Of a DNA stretch of 64,000 nt, positions 31,131 through 40,621 are shown in pieces. Source of the stretch: Campylobacteraceae bacterium (lineage in GTDB: Bacteria > Campylobacterota > Campylobacteria > Campylobacterales > Sulfurovaceae); the NCBI GenBank assembly GCA_027038275.1, contig JALVXC010000182.1, forward strand, positions 6,501-70,500, read 5' to 3'. Positions within the stretch are counted from its first letter, which is position 1. Every line of letters begins with the position of its first letter. Position numbers and translations under genes: made by a program. Below the pieces are notes generated by a model. It did not search any database and was not told where the DNA came from. It was given only the letters and a program-made list of their open reading frames with translations.

Positions 31131-32022
31131 CTTTTAATCCTCTTCCAACACAATATGCCTTAGCATTTACTGCCTTTTTAGAAGCAGGTTGAAGTGTTCC
31201 AATCTCTAAAGAGCCAACTCCACACCCAACAACGATGCTACTCTCTTTTATCTCTAAAATAGTACCTATCTTGTTTTTACTCTCTATCTCTAATAGCTTA
31301 ACATCTTTAATCTTAGTTCCATTCTCAACAAAAATGCCAGGCCAGCCCTCAAAGGCTCTATATTTATCATAAAAAGTAGACGCACTGTTAAAATCAACCA
31401 AACCATCACTCTTTTTAATCTTTTTACAATGAGTAGCCATTGCTCTGTTCTGCTCTAGTGGTGCAAGGGTATCAAAACGATGAATAGTCTCAATAGTCAA
31501 AGCACAAGCATCATCACTCAACCTACTCATTAGTTCAGGTAACAACATAGTTGGTGGAATTTTAAAGTAACGATACCCCAAAATAGGGCCAGAGTCTAAC
31601 CCCTCCTCCATAAGCATAGCTGTTACTCCTGTAAATTTATCTCCATTGAGCAGAGATTGCTGAACAGGACTTGCCCCACGGTACTGAGGAAGTAAAGAGG
31701 CATGAAGATTAATACAAGGAGCAATATCTAAAATATTTTTAGGTAAAAGTTGTCCAAATGCAGCTACAACTATAAAATCAGGCTCTGCTTCAACAATCGC
31801 TTCATAGACTCCTTCATCGGATAGCTTTTCAGGTTGTAACAGATTTAGATTATGCTCTTGGGCTAAAACTTTAACATCAGGGGCTTTTAACTCCCCTTTT
31901 CGTCCTGCTTTTCTATCTGGTTGAGTTATGACCAAAGGTATCTCTACTAACTCATCATCAATGAGTGCTTGAAGTATCTCTTTCGCATAATGAGGTGTCC
32001 CCATATAGACTACTCTTTTCAC
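31111..32022 (-). CDS. fmt: methionyl-tRNA formyltransferase
   Basis: VVYMGTP...INLHASLLPQYRGASPVQ motifs. Confidence 0.93.
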   Translation of the reverse strand: MKRVVYMGTPHYAKEILQALIDDELVEIPLVITQPDRKAGRKGELKAPDVKVLAQEHNLNLLQPEKLSDEGVYEAIVEAEPDFIVVAAFGQLLPKNILDIAPCINLHASLLPQYRGASPVQQSLLNGDKFTGVTAMLMEEGLDSGPILGYRYFKIPPTMLLPELMSRLSDDACALTIETIHRFDTLAPLEQNRAMATHCKKIKKSDGLVDFNSASTFYDKYRAFEGWPGIFVENGTKIKDVKLLEIESKNKIGTILEIKESSIVVGCGVGSLEIGTLQPASKKAVNAKAYCVGRGLKVGNTLF

Positions 32023-32070
32023 TTATACTCCTCATTTTAAATTTTTTGGAAGTATAACAAAAATAGTATA

Positions 32071-32820
32071 CTACGGTACTAAATAACCAAATTGTTCAAA
32101 AATATCTTTAGCTCTCTTTGAGAATATAAAAGCATAAAAACTAGCAACAGCCTGACTCTTCTGACCATGCTTTAAAATAACAATACCTTGGTCAATAGGT
32201 CTATAGAGTTTAGGGTCAACCTCATGCCAATTTACCTCTTTTTTAAACTGTTTCATCTTAGGTGAAAAGAGTGCAGACTTTGCAATAAACCCCAAATCGG
32301 CTACTTTCGTTGCATAGGTAACTGTTTGAGAGATAGACTCACCATAGACAAACTTACTCTTGACCTCATCTAAGAGTTTTGCATTTTCTAGTGCTTCAAA
32401 AGCTGCCTTGCCATAAGGTGCTGTTTTAGGATTGGCAATAGCTATTCTTTTAATATTCTTCTCTTTTACTAAATCAATACCTTTTGAAAAGTCCTGCTTT
32501 TTAACAGAAAAAAATGCCAAAGAGCCTTGAGCATAGACCATAGGGCGAGTAACAGCAAACCCATCTTTATATAGATTTTCAGGATACATCATATTTGCAC
32601 CCATCAAAATATCATAAGGTGCTTTATGTCTAATCTTAGCCGTTAAGCTCCCTGTACCACCTAAAATAATCTCTACTTTTATATCAGGGTAGAGTTTATT
32701 AAACTCTTTCTTTAAGTCATCTATAGCATACGATACATTTGCAGCTAGTGCTACAGTAACTTTTTCTGCCAAAAGTAGATTTGACAATAGAATAAACACA
32801 ACAAGTAGTTTTAATCTCAT
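32071..32820 (-). CDS. modA: molybdate/tungstate ABC transporter substrate-binding protein (ModA family); no modBC adjacent
   Basis: Signal peptide, VALAANVSYAIDDLKKEF, GGTGSLTAKI..KAPYDI and ANPKTAPYGKAA motifs. Confidence 0.75.
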   Translation of the reverse strand: MRLKLLVVFILLSNLLLAEKVTVALAANVSYAIDDLKKEFNKLYPDIKVEIILGGTGSLTAKIRHKAPYDILMGANMMYPENLYKDGFAVTRPMVYAQGSLAFFSVKKQDFSKGIDLVKEKNIKRIAIANPKTAPYGKAAFEALENAKLLDEVKSKFVYGESISQTVTYATKVADLGFIAKSALFSPKMKQFKKEVNWHEVDPKLYRPIDQGIVILKHGQKSQAVASFYAFIFSKRAKDIFEQFGYLVP

Positions 32821-32961
32821 TTTTTCTCCATTTTTTAAATATTGATTTCAGATATTTACATTTATTTCCAGCGTTCTAAGAGTATGAAAACCACTCTCAA
32901 AACGTAGGAACTAGAAAAAACAAAAACTAACCCTTAACTCTTCATTCTTAACTCTTAATTA

Positions 32962-33072
32962 TAAAGTATCCCCTATCGCAAAAATGCAGTCGGGTTATTG
33001 TATGTCTTAACATCAGGTGCAAACAAAGGTAAAGCGTTTCAATCCCCTATCGTATTTCTACAGTCGGGTCAT
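32962..33072 (-). repeat. CRISPR-like mini-array: two 37-nt direct repeats (24/37 identical) separated by a 37-nt spacer
   Basis: Read on the minus strand, repeat 2 (33072->33036) is ATGACCCGACTGTAGAAATACGATAGGGGATTGAAAC. Repeat 1 (32998->32962) is ATAACCCGACTGCATTTTTGCGATAGGGGATACTTTA. The period is exactly 74 nt. No cas genes in the window. Confidence 0.3.
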
Positions 33073-33285
33073 AACTTATATTGTGGGAAACATCAAAAAA
33101 ACCTTATAGTTTTCAACCACTTAACAGTGCTATTTTATGGAACTTTACATAAAAAGTTTGTAAACTCATGGTTCAGAATACACCAATTTGGCTTAATTTT
33201 TTATTAAAGTGCCAAGATTTCGGACTCTTTTATTCTAAAAAAAGTTTGTAAATTGTTTTGAGTCTAAAAACAACAAACAAAGCCC

Positions 33286-34491
33286 TTAATATAGGAATCC
33301 AAACAACCAAAGAGGAATTTTATTTTTAAAACCTATCTCCAAATCATCAGCCACAACAAAAGAGTTAGGTATATCTTTTATCTGATTAAAACCTTTATTT
33401 CTGCCCCCTATCTCAACAGTATAGTGTTCATTTATCAAAAAATCACCCCTATCAACATAATAGATACTGTAGTTTTGGCTAACTTGATTGGCAAAAAATA
33501 TCTCTCTTTTTGTTCCTCTATCACTCTCTATACAAAGAGCATTGCAGAGATTTGTATTAGAGAGATAGAGTTTGTCAGGTTTTTGTATATTTTTAAAGCG
33601 TTTTGCCTCATAGATAATATGTCTTAGTAGTTCAGCTCTATGAAGATACTCAATATATTTGTAGAGTGTTGCTCGTGAAACACCAACAGTTTTAGATAGT
33701 TTTTCAATAGAGAGTTCTAAAGGCTTAGAGACACAGATAGTAGTTAATAGCTTTTTGAGTATGGCTATTTTATCAGGAGGAACATTGTAGAGTAGAGCAA
33801 TATCTGTGTGAAGTATGGTATTGATACTATCTATAATCTTTTGAAAATAGGGCTTACTACTCTCAAAATAGAAAGGGTATGCTCCTTGTACAATATACTC
33901 TTTAAAATATTTTAATACCTTTTCATCTTGAAGTGTATCAAGAATCTCATAGCTTAAATTTTCATGGTGCTTAAAAATCTCTTCAATGCTATAACTCTTA
34001 AAAGAGTAGGAGAGTTTTAGCTCTAAAAACTCTCTAAAGGACAAAACAGGAAGTCTCTTCATGCTATAACGCCGTGCAAAAGAGGGATTGGTAAGCTTAA
34101 TAGCTGATGAACCAGAGAAGATGATTTTTATATCAAAAAAGTCATAGATAGACTTTAACTGCTGTTCAAAATCTTTAGCTTCATGAATCTCATCTATAAT
34201 CACACACTTTCCACCCAAAGAGTAAAAGTAGTCTACTAAATCAAACAGAGATACATCTTGCAGTAGTGGGTGGTCACAAGAGATATAGATAAGCTCATCA
34301 TAAGAGAGTTGAAGCTCTTTTGCTACCTGTAACATAAGGGTAGTCTTTCCAACTCCTCGACTCCCATATATACCTACAATTCTATCTTGAGTATTTAAAA
34401 CATCATCAAATAGAAATCGTCTATAAGTTGGAAGTTTTTTGTTTAACTTAATATACGATAGTCTCTTTAGACTGTTTAATGTATTTTCCAT
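33286..34491 (-). CDS. AAA+ ATPase of the COG1373 type (AAA_14 + DUF4143, wHTH and PD-(D/E)xK-like tail)
   Basis: Walker A GSRGVGKTT, Walker B VIIDEIH, HTH-like LSKTVGVSRATLYKYIEYL and C-terminal GDFLINEHYTVEIGG. Confidence 0.75.
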   Translation of the reverse strand: MENTLNSLKRLSYIKLNKKLPTYRRFLFDDVLNTQDRIVGIYGSRGVGKTTLMLQVAKELQLSYDELIYISCDHPLLQDVSLFDLVDYFYSLGGKCVIIDEIHEAKDFEQQLKSIYDFFDIKIIFSGSSAIKLTNPSFARRYSMKRLPVLSFREFLELKLSYSFKSYSIEEIFKHHENLSYEILDTLQDEKVLKYFKEYIVQGAYPFYFESSKPYFQKIIDSINTILHTDIALLYNVPPDKIAILKKLLTTICVSKPLELSIEKLSKTVGVSRATLYKYIEYLHRAELLRHIIYEAKRFKNIQKPDKLYLSNTNLCNALCIESDRGTKREIFFANQVSQNYSIYYVDRGDFLINEHYTVEIGGRNKGFNQIKDIPNSFVVADDLEIGFKNKIPLWLFGFLY

Positions 34492-34554
34492 CTTCTTCTC
34501 TTTATTGTTTTATGCAAAATACAGTTTATCTTTTTATTGCTTAATTTTTGATAA

Positions 34555-35322
34555 TTAAACTCTAAACAGAGTCCCACCCCTCTGAATACCATCAAGTAAA
34601 AAACTCCTAACATCATCTAACCCAAACCCTGTCGCTAAAAACATCTTTTTACCTTTAGAGAGCAAAAAGTGGGCAGCTTTAAGTTTAGTTACAATACCCC
34701 CTGTAGCAAACTCATTGTTTGGTGTAGTTGGTGCGTCTAACTCCTCTTTGGAGATATATGAGACCTCTTTACGAACCTTAGCATTTGCAAACTTTCGCGG
34801 GTCTTTGTCATAAAGAGCATCAATATCTGAAAGAATCACTAAAAGTTCAGCTCCAAAGTTTTCAGCTACATAGGCAGATAGTTGGTCATTGTCTCCAAAC
34901 TCTAGCTCTTCGGTGGCGATTACATCGTTTTCATTTATAATAGGAACAACACCATTACTAAGCAATGTATCTAAAGCCCTTTGAGCCAATGCAGTACGTT
35001 TTTTAGAGTCTAAATCGGCTGCACTTAATAGTACTTGAGAACATAAAATATTATATCTAGCAAACTTCTCTTGATACATCTTAAGTAGAAGTGGTTGACC
35101 AATAGCAGCTAGAGCCTGTTTGTTTCCAATGTCACGTCTGTTTAGAGGTAGTACAGTAAATCCTGCTGAAACAGCTCCAGAACTTACTAAAATAACCTCT
35201 TTACCATTTTGCATAAGCTTTGCAATTAGCTCTACTAAATCCAACATTCGCTCTCTTGCAACCTTACCATTTTCGGTTAAGACGTGAGAGCCAACCTTAA
35301 TGACAACTCTGCTAAAATCCAT
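34555..35322 (-). CDS. proB: glutamate 5-kinase (short form, no PUA domain)
   Basis: [21 protein letters not shown] and INENDVIAT motifs. Confidence 0.9.
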   Translation of the reverse strand: MDFSRVVIKVGSHVLTENGKVARERMLDLVELIAKLMQNGKEVILVSSGAVSAGFTVLPLNRRDIGNKQALAAIGQPLLLKMYQEKFARYNILCSQVLLSAADLDSKKRTALAQRALDTLLSNGVVPIINENDVIATEELEFGDNDQLSAYVAENFGAELLVILSDIDALYDKDPRKFANAKVRKEVSYISKEELDAPTTPNNEFATGGIVTKLKAAHFLLSKGKKMFLATGFGLDDVRSFLLDGIQRGGTLFRV

Positions 35323-36437
35323 CAGTCTACTTTCTCTTCTTCATTAACTGCTACTATATAGTTTTTAAGTGCAAAACGTAAAGCTTCTGTGTTAAGGTGT
35401 GAAACAGAAGAGATTGGTAAAACAAAAAGAGGCTCACTAGTTGGCAGTTCTACTCCAAAATCTTCTGTAAATCCATAAGAGCTATACTCTGGGTTGGCTT
35501 TAAACTTTTGTAGTGTTTTATTAGCTTTAAGTCCAATATCTGACAAAAACTGCTCTGTTAAACTATTTACCTCATCGACCGAAAAAGAGTCACACTTAGT
35601 TAAAGCAACACCAAAAGGTCGTTTTGCTAAAACCTCAGAGTAACGCTCCAACTCTACTAAAAGAGTCTCGTACTGATACTTCATCTCACGATAGTTAGCC
35701 ATATCGACTAAAAGTAGAAGTGTTTTGGTTCTCTCAATATGTTTTAAAAACTCTAAACCAAGCCCACGACCATCACTAGCTCCCTCAATAATACCTGGAA
35801 TATCTGCCATCATAAATGAGTCATACTCTCCAACATTTACAACACCCAAATTAGGAGTAAGCGTTGTAAACTCATAAGAGGCTACTTTTGGTTTAGCATT
35901 TGTAATAGTTGAGATAAGTGTTGATTTACCTACACTTGGGTAGCCCACTAGACCTACATCGGCTATCATCTTTAGTTCTAGTCTTACTTGCTTAGTAACT
36001 CCTGGAAGCCCTGGTTGAGCGTAAGTTGGTCGCTGGTTCGAGGCATTTTTAAAGTGCATATTTCCAAGACCACCTTTTCCACCCTCTAAAAAGAGAACTC
36101 TTTGACCCTCTTCAACCAAGTCCAAAAGCACCTCTCCACTCTCTTGGTCAATCACTTGTGTTCCTGGAGGTACTACTACATCTACACTTTTTCCTTTTCT
36201 CCCATACCTCTTTCGTCCCTCACCTGGACGACCATTTTCAGCCTTTATATGGTTTCTACCTCTTAGGGCAGAGAGGGTATCGGTGTTATTGTCTACTACA
36301 AAGTAGACATTTCCACCCTTTCCACCATCTCCACCATCTGGTCCACCCTTTACAACAAACTTCTCTGTCCAAAATGAAACACAACCTGCCCCACCTTTTC
36401 CAGAACTCAACATAATATCTACAGAATCTACAAACAT
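35322..36437 (-). CDS. obg: GTPase Obg/CgtA
   Basis: MFVDSV...[14 protein letters not shown] Obg fold and the G1 motif GYPSVGKST. Confidence 0.95.
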   Translation of the reverse strand: MFVDSVDIMLSSGKGGAGCVSFWTEKFVVKGGPDGGDGGKGGNVYFVVDNNTDTLSALRGRNHIKAENGRPGEGRKRYGRKGKSVDVVVPPGTQVIDQESGEVLLDLVEEGQRVLFLEGGKGGLGNMHFKNASNQRPTYAQPGLPGVTKQVRLELKMIADVGLVGYPSVGKSTLISTITNAKPKVASYEFTTLTPNLGVVNVGEYDSFMMADIPGIIEGASDGRGLGLEFLKHIERTKTLLLLVDMANYREMKYQYETLLVELERYSEVLAKRPFGVALTKCDSFSVDEVNSLTEQFLSDIGLKANKTLQKFKANPEYSSYGFTEDFGVELPTSEPLFVLPISSVSHLNTEALRFALKNYIVAVNEEEKVD

Positions 36438-36487
36438 ATACTTCCTTTGCTCTATTTGGAGCAGTTATAATAATTACGGAATTATAG

Positions 36488-37789
36488 CTAAAAAGCTTTA
36501 TGTCCTTGATGTAACGCTTTAATTCGTTTTTCTAAAGCATCTAAGATATTTACTATCTGATTTTGTAGCGTATAGAAGTCTGCCATGTGCTGGGCTGAAA
36601 TATCATCTGTGTTGCGAATCTCTGCTAAAATTTTTCTAAGCTTTTCACGTCTACTCTTTGCCTCTTGAAGTGATATTGTTGAAATCTTTGTATCTATTCC
36701 ATTTATTCTACTATACCAACGATTAATTTTACGTCTACCATAGAGGTCAAATGTTGGTAAAACTACCTCAATAAAAAAGGCAAAAAGAGCAATAACAGGT
36801 AAAATAAAACGGAAAAAGTAGTTATCTGCTTTTGTTAGGGTTTCAGCAATCCAATATGGAAAATGCTCTTCATAGTAGTTTGTGGGTTCTCTAAAGTAGT
36901 TCTTTGAAGCTGGATGCTGTTTTATCTTTAACTGAGAAGCGTTTGGAAAGGTATTCTCATCATGAAAAACACCAACTTTGCTATGAACTCTTTTGGCAAT
37001 TTTAAGAATTAATCTAACCATTTTATCTGAAGCGTTATAGGTTGCTAAGAGAGTGTTTTTAGCTAAGAGTTTATAGTCCTCTCTAGGTATTTGCTGTTGC
37101 ATATCAAAAGCATTTTTATATAGTGTTACTATCTCAAAGTGCCTATTTCGTTTTACAAAAAACTGTTTATAGGAGTTAGATGTGTCTATAAAATTAAGTA
37201 GATGAATATGAGGTAAACTCATTAGACGCTTAAGAAAAGGAGCATCGGCAGAAGCAATATAGAACATTGCATCTACTTGATTATTTTTTAACTCTTCATA
37301 AGCCTCTGCACTTGGTATATACTTGAAGTTTGTATTAAAACCATTTATTCCTACTGAATCCAAAAGATTAAGCGTTACAGGCAAAATACCACTCCCCTTT
37401 TCACAAATAGCTAATCGCTTCCCTTTTAGCTCTTTTAGGTCTGATATTTTGTTACCCTTATAAAAAATCCAAATAGGCTCATAAAAGATATTTGCTAAAG
37501 CATAAATAGTAGGATACTCTGTTCCTCCCTGCACAAAAGCAAAATCAACTTTACCTTTTTGGAGAAACTCTTGTGCCTGTACACTACCTTTTGTCTCTAC
37601 AAGCTTTAAGGTTACCCCCTCTTTTTTAAACTCTTTTGCATACTCTTTAGCATACTGTGTATAGGCATCAACCTTAGAACCAACAGCAATTTTAATAACC
37701 TTTTTATGGTTATTGCTCTCTATTGCAATATATAAGATAGGCAACAAAAGTAAAATAATAAATAGGAGAATACTCTTTAATGTTTTCAT
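36488..37789 (-). CDS. TAXI-family TRAP-type solute-binding protein with N- and C-terminal TM anchors
   Basis: KIAVGSK...YAKEYAKEF..LKLVETKGSVQAQEFL..VDFAFVQGG resembles TAXI/NMT1-like receptors. There is an extra TM and a coiled-coil tail. Confidence 0.6.
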   Translation of the reverse strand: MKTLKSILLFIILLLLPILYIAIESNNHKKVIKIAVGSKVDAYTQYAKEYAKEFKKEGVTLKLVETKGSVQAQEFLQKGKVDFAFVQGGTEYPTIYALANIFYEPIWIFYKGNKISDLKELKGKRLAICEKGSGILPVTLNLLDSVGINGFNTNFKYIPSAEAYEELKNNQVDAMFYIASADAPFLKRLMSLPHIHLLNFIDTSNSYKQFFVKRNRHFEIVTLYKNAFDMQQQIPREDYKLLAKNTLLATYNASDKMVRLILKIAKRVHSKVGVFHDENTFPNASQLKIKQHPASKNYFREPTNYYEEHFPYWIAETLTKADNYFFRFILPVIALFAFFIEVVLPTFDLYGRRKINRWYSRINGIDTKISTISLQEAKSRREKLRKILAEIRNTDDISAQHMADFYTLQNQIVNILDALEKRIKALHQGHKAF

Positions 37790-37820
37790 AACATCTATTA
37801 TAGCAGTTATTTAACTACTT

Positions 37821-37847
37821 TTGCAAGAGAGAAAAATATGCTATAAT
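37821..37847 (+). promoter_or_regulatory. candidate sigma70-type promoter of rnpB
   Basis: TTGCAA (37821-26) and TATAAT (37842-47) are 15 nt apart, a few nt upstream of the P1 stem. Confidence 0.35.
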
Positions 37848-37849
37848 TC

Positions 37850-38255
37850 GAGTAGGTGTGACAGGTAGTTGCTGGTGACATTATGTCACGAGAGGAAAGT
37901 CCGTGCTACACATGAGACAGGACTCCATCTAACGGATGGCCAGAGTAATCTGAGGGCAAGTGCAACAGAGAGTAGACAGCCATCTATCGAAAAACTGTAA
38001 AGGCTTTTCGCCTTTCTCTCCCCTATTTCCTGAATGAGTAGATAGATGGTGATGGTGAAAGGGTGAGGTAAGAGCTCACCAGTGCCTATGGTAACATAGG
38101 TAGCTAGGTAAACCCTGTCCGTAGCAAGAAGTACTGGTATAGAGTCTCATTACGCCATTGGATTGGCAAAAGTGCTTCGCTTGAGCGTATTGGCAACAAT
38201 ACGCCTAGATAAATAACTACCCGCGACAGAACACGGCTTATCGTCACACCTACTT
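37850..38255 (+). ncRNA. rnpB: RNase P RNA, bacterial type A
   Basis: P1 arms AGTAGGTGTGAC / GTCACACCTACT. Universal motifs GAGGAAAGTCCG, GTGCAACAGAGAG, GGTGAAAGGGTGAGGTAAGAGCTCACC and ACAGAACACGGCTTATCG are all present in canonical order. Confidence 0.95.
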
Positions 38256-38279
38256 AACCTAAACTTGCTAAAATACCTT

Positions 38280-39191
38280 ATGAAAAATATTCTTTTTATA
38301 CTCCTACCCATTCTATTTTCAGCCTGTGCAACAAAAGTACCTATCACATGGCAAAAACGCATTGTAGAGAACCAAGTTAAACCTTTAAATCTTGTCTATA
38401 AAGAGTATGGAGTTGAGCATAACCAAACTATGCTCTTTTTACATGGTTTTGGAGAGAGCAAAGAGACATGGCGTTTTATAGTTCCTGCTCTTGCTCAAAA
38501 GTACCATCTAATTCTGCTTGACCTAAAAGGTTTTGGAGTCTCGCCAAAAACAGACGATGACAAATACTCAGTCTATGACCAAGCTCTATATGTTCAAAAG
38601 TTTATTGAACAACATCATCTAAACAATCTTACTATTGTTGGGCGTTCATTTGGTGGTGGTGTGGCTCTTATTTTAGCACTTATGCAAGAGAAAAAGCTTA
38701 TACCACCAACTTTAAATAGAATGATTCTTATTAATAGCATGGCTTACAATCAACCTCTTCCATCTATGTTAAGAGATTTAAGAATACCTATTATTGGATA
38801 CTTAGGTATTCACCTACTTAGTAATCACTATATGGCACTTGAAGCCTACAAATACGCCTTTTGGAATGATGACAAAATACCTAAAGCAAGTGTAGACTAC
38901 TCTGCAAGTATAATGGCTCAACCTAGAGCAAAGTATGCCTACTTAACAACAGTTCATAACCTTATACCTGATGATGTGCAAAGCATAGAGCATGAGTACC
39001 AAAAGATTAAGCTTCCTACTCTTATTATATGGGGAAAAGATGATGTCTCTATTCATGTAGACAAAGCCTATAGGTTACATAGAGATTTAAAAAACAGTCA
39101 ACTTGTTATCTTACCACATATAGGACACATGCCTCAAGAGGAAGCTCCTAAAAGAGTGGTTGAGAAGATTTTGAGGTTTATGAAACAATAA
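38280..39191 (+). CDS. alpha/beta hydrolase-fold lipoprotein
   Basis: Lipobox LLPILFSAC, HGFGES and the nucleophile elbow GRSFGG. I prefer the ATG at 38280 over the track's TTG at 38265, which is 10 nt from the rnpB end. Confidence 0.75.
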   Translation: MKNILFILLPILFSACATKVPITWQKRIVENQVKPLNLVYKEYGVEHNQTMLFLHGFGESKETWRFIVPALAQKYHLILLDLKGFGVSPKTDDDKYSVYDQALYVQKFIEQHHLNNLTIVGRSFGGGVALILALMQEKKLIPPTLNRMILINSMAYNQPLPSMLRDLRIPIIGYLGIHLLSNHYMALEAYKYAFWNDDKIPKASVDYSASIMAQPRAKYAYLTTVHNLIPDDVQSIEHEYQKIKLPTLIIWGKDDVSIHVDKAYRLHRDLKNSQLVILPHIGHMPQEEAPKRVVEKILRFMKQ

Positions 39192-39234
39192 TATTTAAGC
39201 CTCAAATAGTATAATTGGTTAAAAAAGTAAAACA

Positions 39235-39792
39235 ATGGAAGCTTTAAAAATAGATAACTTTATGCCAAACTACACCTACGAAGACTATAAGCATTGGGAG
39301 GGTGATTGGGAACTAATAGATGGTGTACCTTTTGCTATGGCTCCTGCACCAATGAAAAAACATCAGATGCTTGTAGGGTACATTTTTTCTGAAATAGTAT
39401 CTAAAATTGGTATCTGCCCTAATTGTGAAGTTTTAATAGACTCAGATTGGAAATTAAACTCTCAAAATGTTTTAAAACCAGATGTTGCCCTAGTCTGTAA
39501 CGATGACAACCCAAAGCACATCTCCAAAACTCCAGAGGTTATCTTTGAGGTCATTAGCCCCTCCACAGCTCAAAGAGATGAAAATTTAAAATTTACTATC
39601 TACGCAGGAGAGGGCGTAAAGTACTATGTTTTAGTCTATCCTGAAGATTTGGTCGCTAGAGTCTATAAAAATGATGACTTTAGTTTTAAAAAGGTTGGTG
39701 AGTTTGATACTGAGTCGTTGGAGTTTGAAGAGATTACGTGTGAGTTTACTTTTGATTTTGGGGCTATTTTTGAGAGGTTTAGGGAGAAATAG
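39235..39792 (+). CDS. Uma2-family (DUF820) PD-(D/E)xK endonuclease
   Basis: WELIDGVPFAMAPAP...KPDVALVC...PEVIFEVISPST..D...K...Y...GVKYYVLVYPE pattern. Confidence 0.8.
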   Translation: MEALKIDNFMPNYTYEDYKHWEGDWELIDGVPFAMAPAPMKKHQMLVGYIFSEIVSKIGICPNCEVLIDSDWKLNSQNVLKPDVALVCNDDNPKHISKTPEVIFEVISPSTAQRDENLKFTIYAGEGVKYYVLVYPEDLVARVYKNDDFSFKKVGEFDTESLEFEEITCEFTFDFGAIFERFREK

Positions 39793-39857
39793 TTTTTTTT
39801 GATTTGTCATTTTGAGGCATTGGCTACGATGTTACCACTTAGCTTTTTGCCCTTTTA

Positions 39858-40187
39858 TTATGCAACCATATCTATATATGAATCAACATATCTTTTAGCA
39901 ATATCTGCAATCTGTTCAAGTACTTTAAAACTTAATTTCTGATAACCTACTAATTCTCTATTTTTATATAAATTATAGTAAGAGAGAACAATATTATCAA
40001 GATAGAGTAACTCTTGAGCCTCTTGTGCATTAAGTTTTTTAACATTTTTTTCTAAAAACTCTCTATACTCCAACATATCTATAAAGGTGTCATCATGAAA
40101 AAAAACTTCCAAATCAAACTCTTGTAAGTCGCTCATATATCTCTCTAACTCTTTTTGAAAACTCATCTGAGACCACCTTTCTTTCAT
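39858..40187 (-). CDS. hypothetical helical protein (start uncertain; may begin at the Met at 40076)
   Basis: 109-aa ORF whose first 74 nt overlap the upstream ORF in another frame. No recognisable motifs. Confidence 0.4.
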   Translation of the reverse strand: MKERWSQMSFQKELERYMSDLQEFDLEVFFHDDTFIDMLEYREFLEKNVKKLNAQEAQELLYLDNIVLSYYNLYKNRELVGYQKLSFKVLEQIADIAKRYVDSYIDMVA

Positions 40188-40572
40188 ATTTAGATTGAAA
40201 CAACTCTTTATGTTTCTCTAGTGTATTGATTATATCATCTCTTATTTTATATGATGTTAAAATCTTCCCATTTTCACCAATCACCACTGCCCAACTCTTC
40301 TGTTTATTATAAAAAACTCTATCCCATATATCTGAGTTTTCTTCAGGATATGTTTCGATATATGCTTCATTAGAATAGGAGAGTACTTCAAATGAGTTCA
40401 CTAAATACTCAAATTCACTCTCTATATCTCTATTTCTTATTCTCTTTTTTATATGTTTGCTATAAGAGTTTATATCATTCCACAGACTACTAAACTTTGC
40501 TAAAGCTTCATCTTGGTTATTAAAGTTAAAACTGTTAAGATTTTCAATAAACTTACTCTCTATCTCTTTCAT
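40114..40572 (-). CDS. hypothetical protein
   Basis: 152-aa ORF with coding-like composition. No recognisable motifs. Confidence 0.45.
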   Translation of the reverse strand: MKEIESKFIENLNSFNFNNQDEALAKFSSLWNDINSYSKHIKKRIRNRDIESEFEYLVNSFEVLSYSNEAYIETYPEENSDIWDRVFYNKQKSWAVVIGENGKILTSYKIRDDIINTLEKHKELFQSKYERKVVSDEFSKRVREIYERLTRV

Positions 40573-40621
40573 GTTTGTATTTTAACATAAAATAGTAAAT
40601 AGAAGGGCTTGTTTCAATAGC

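Noticed and set aside
32998-33207. 69-aa plus-strand ORF in the modA/ATPase intergenic region
   Set aside because: It has a non-ATG start and no RBS, and it spans the CRISPR-like repeat and spacer. Its composition looks non-coding.
38150-38362. 70-aa minus-strand ORF
   Set aside because: It overlaps the 3' half of the RNase P RNA gene. It is an artefact of the structured RNA sequence.
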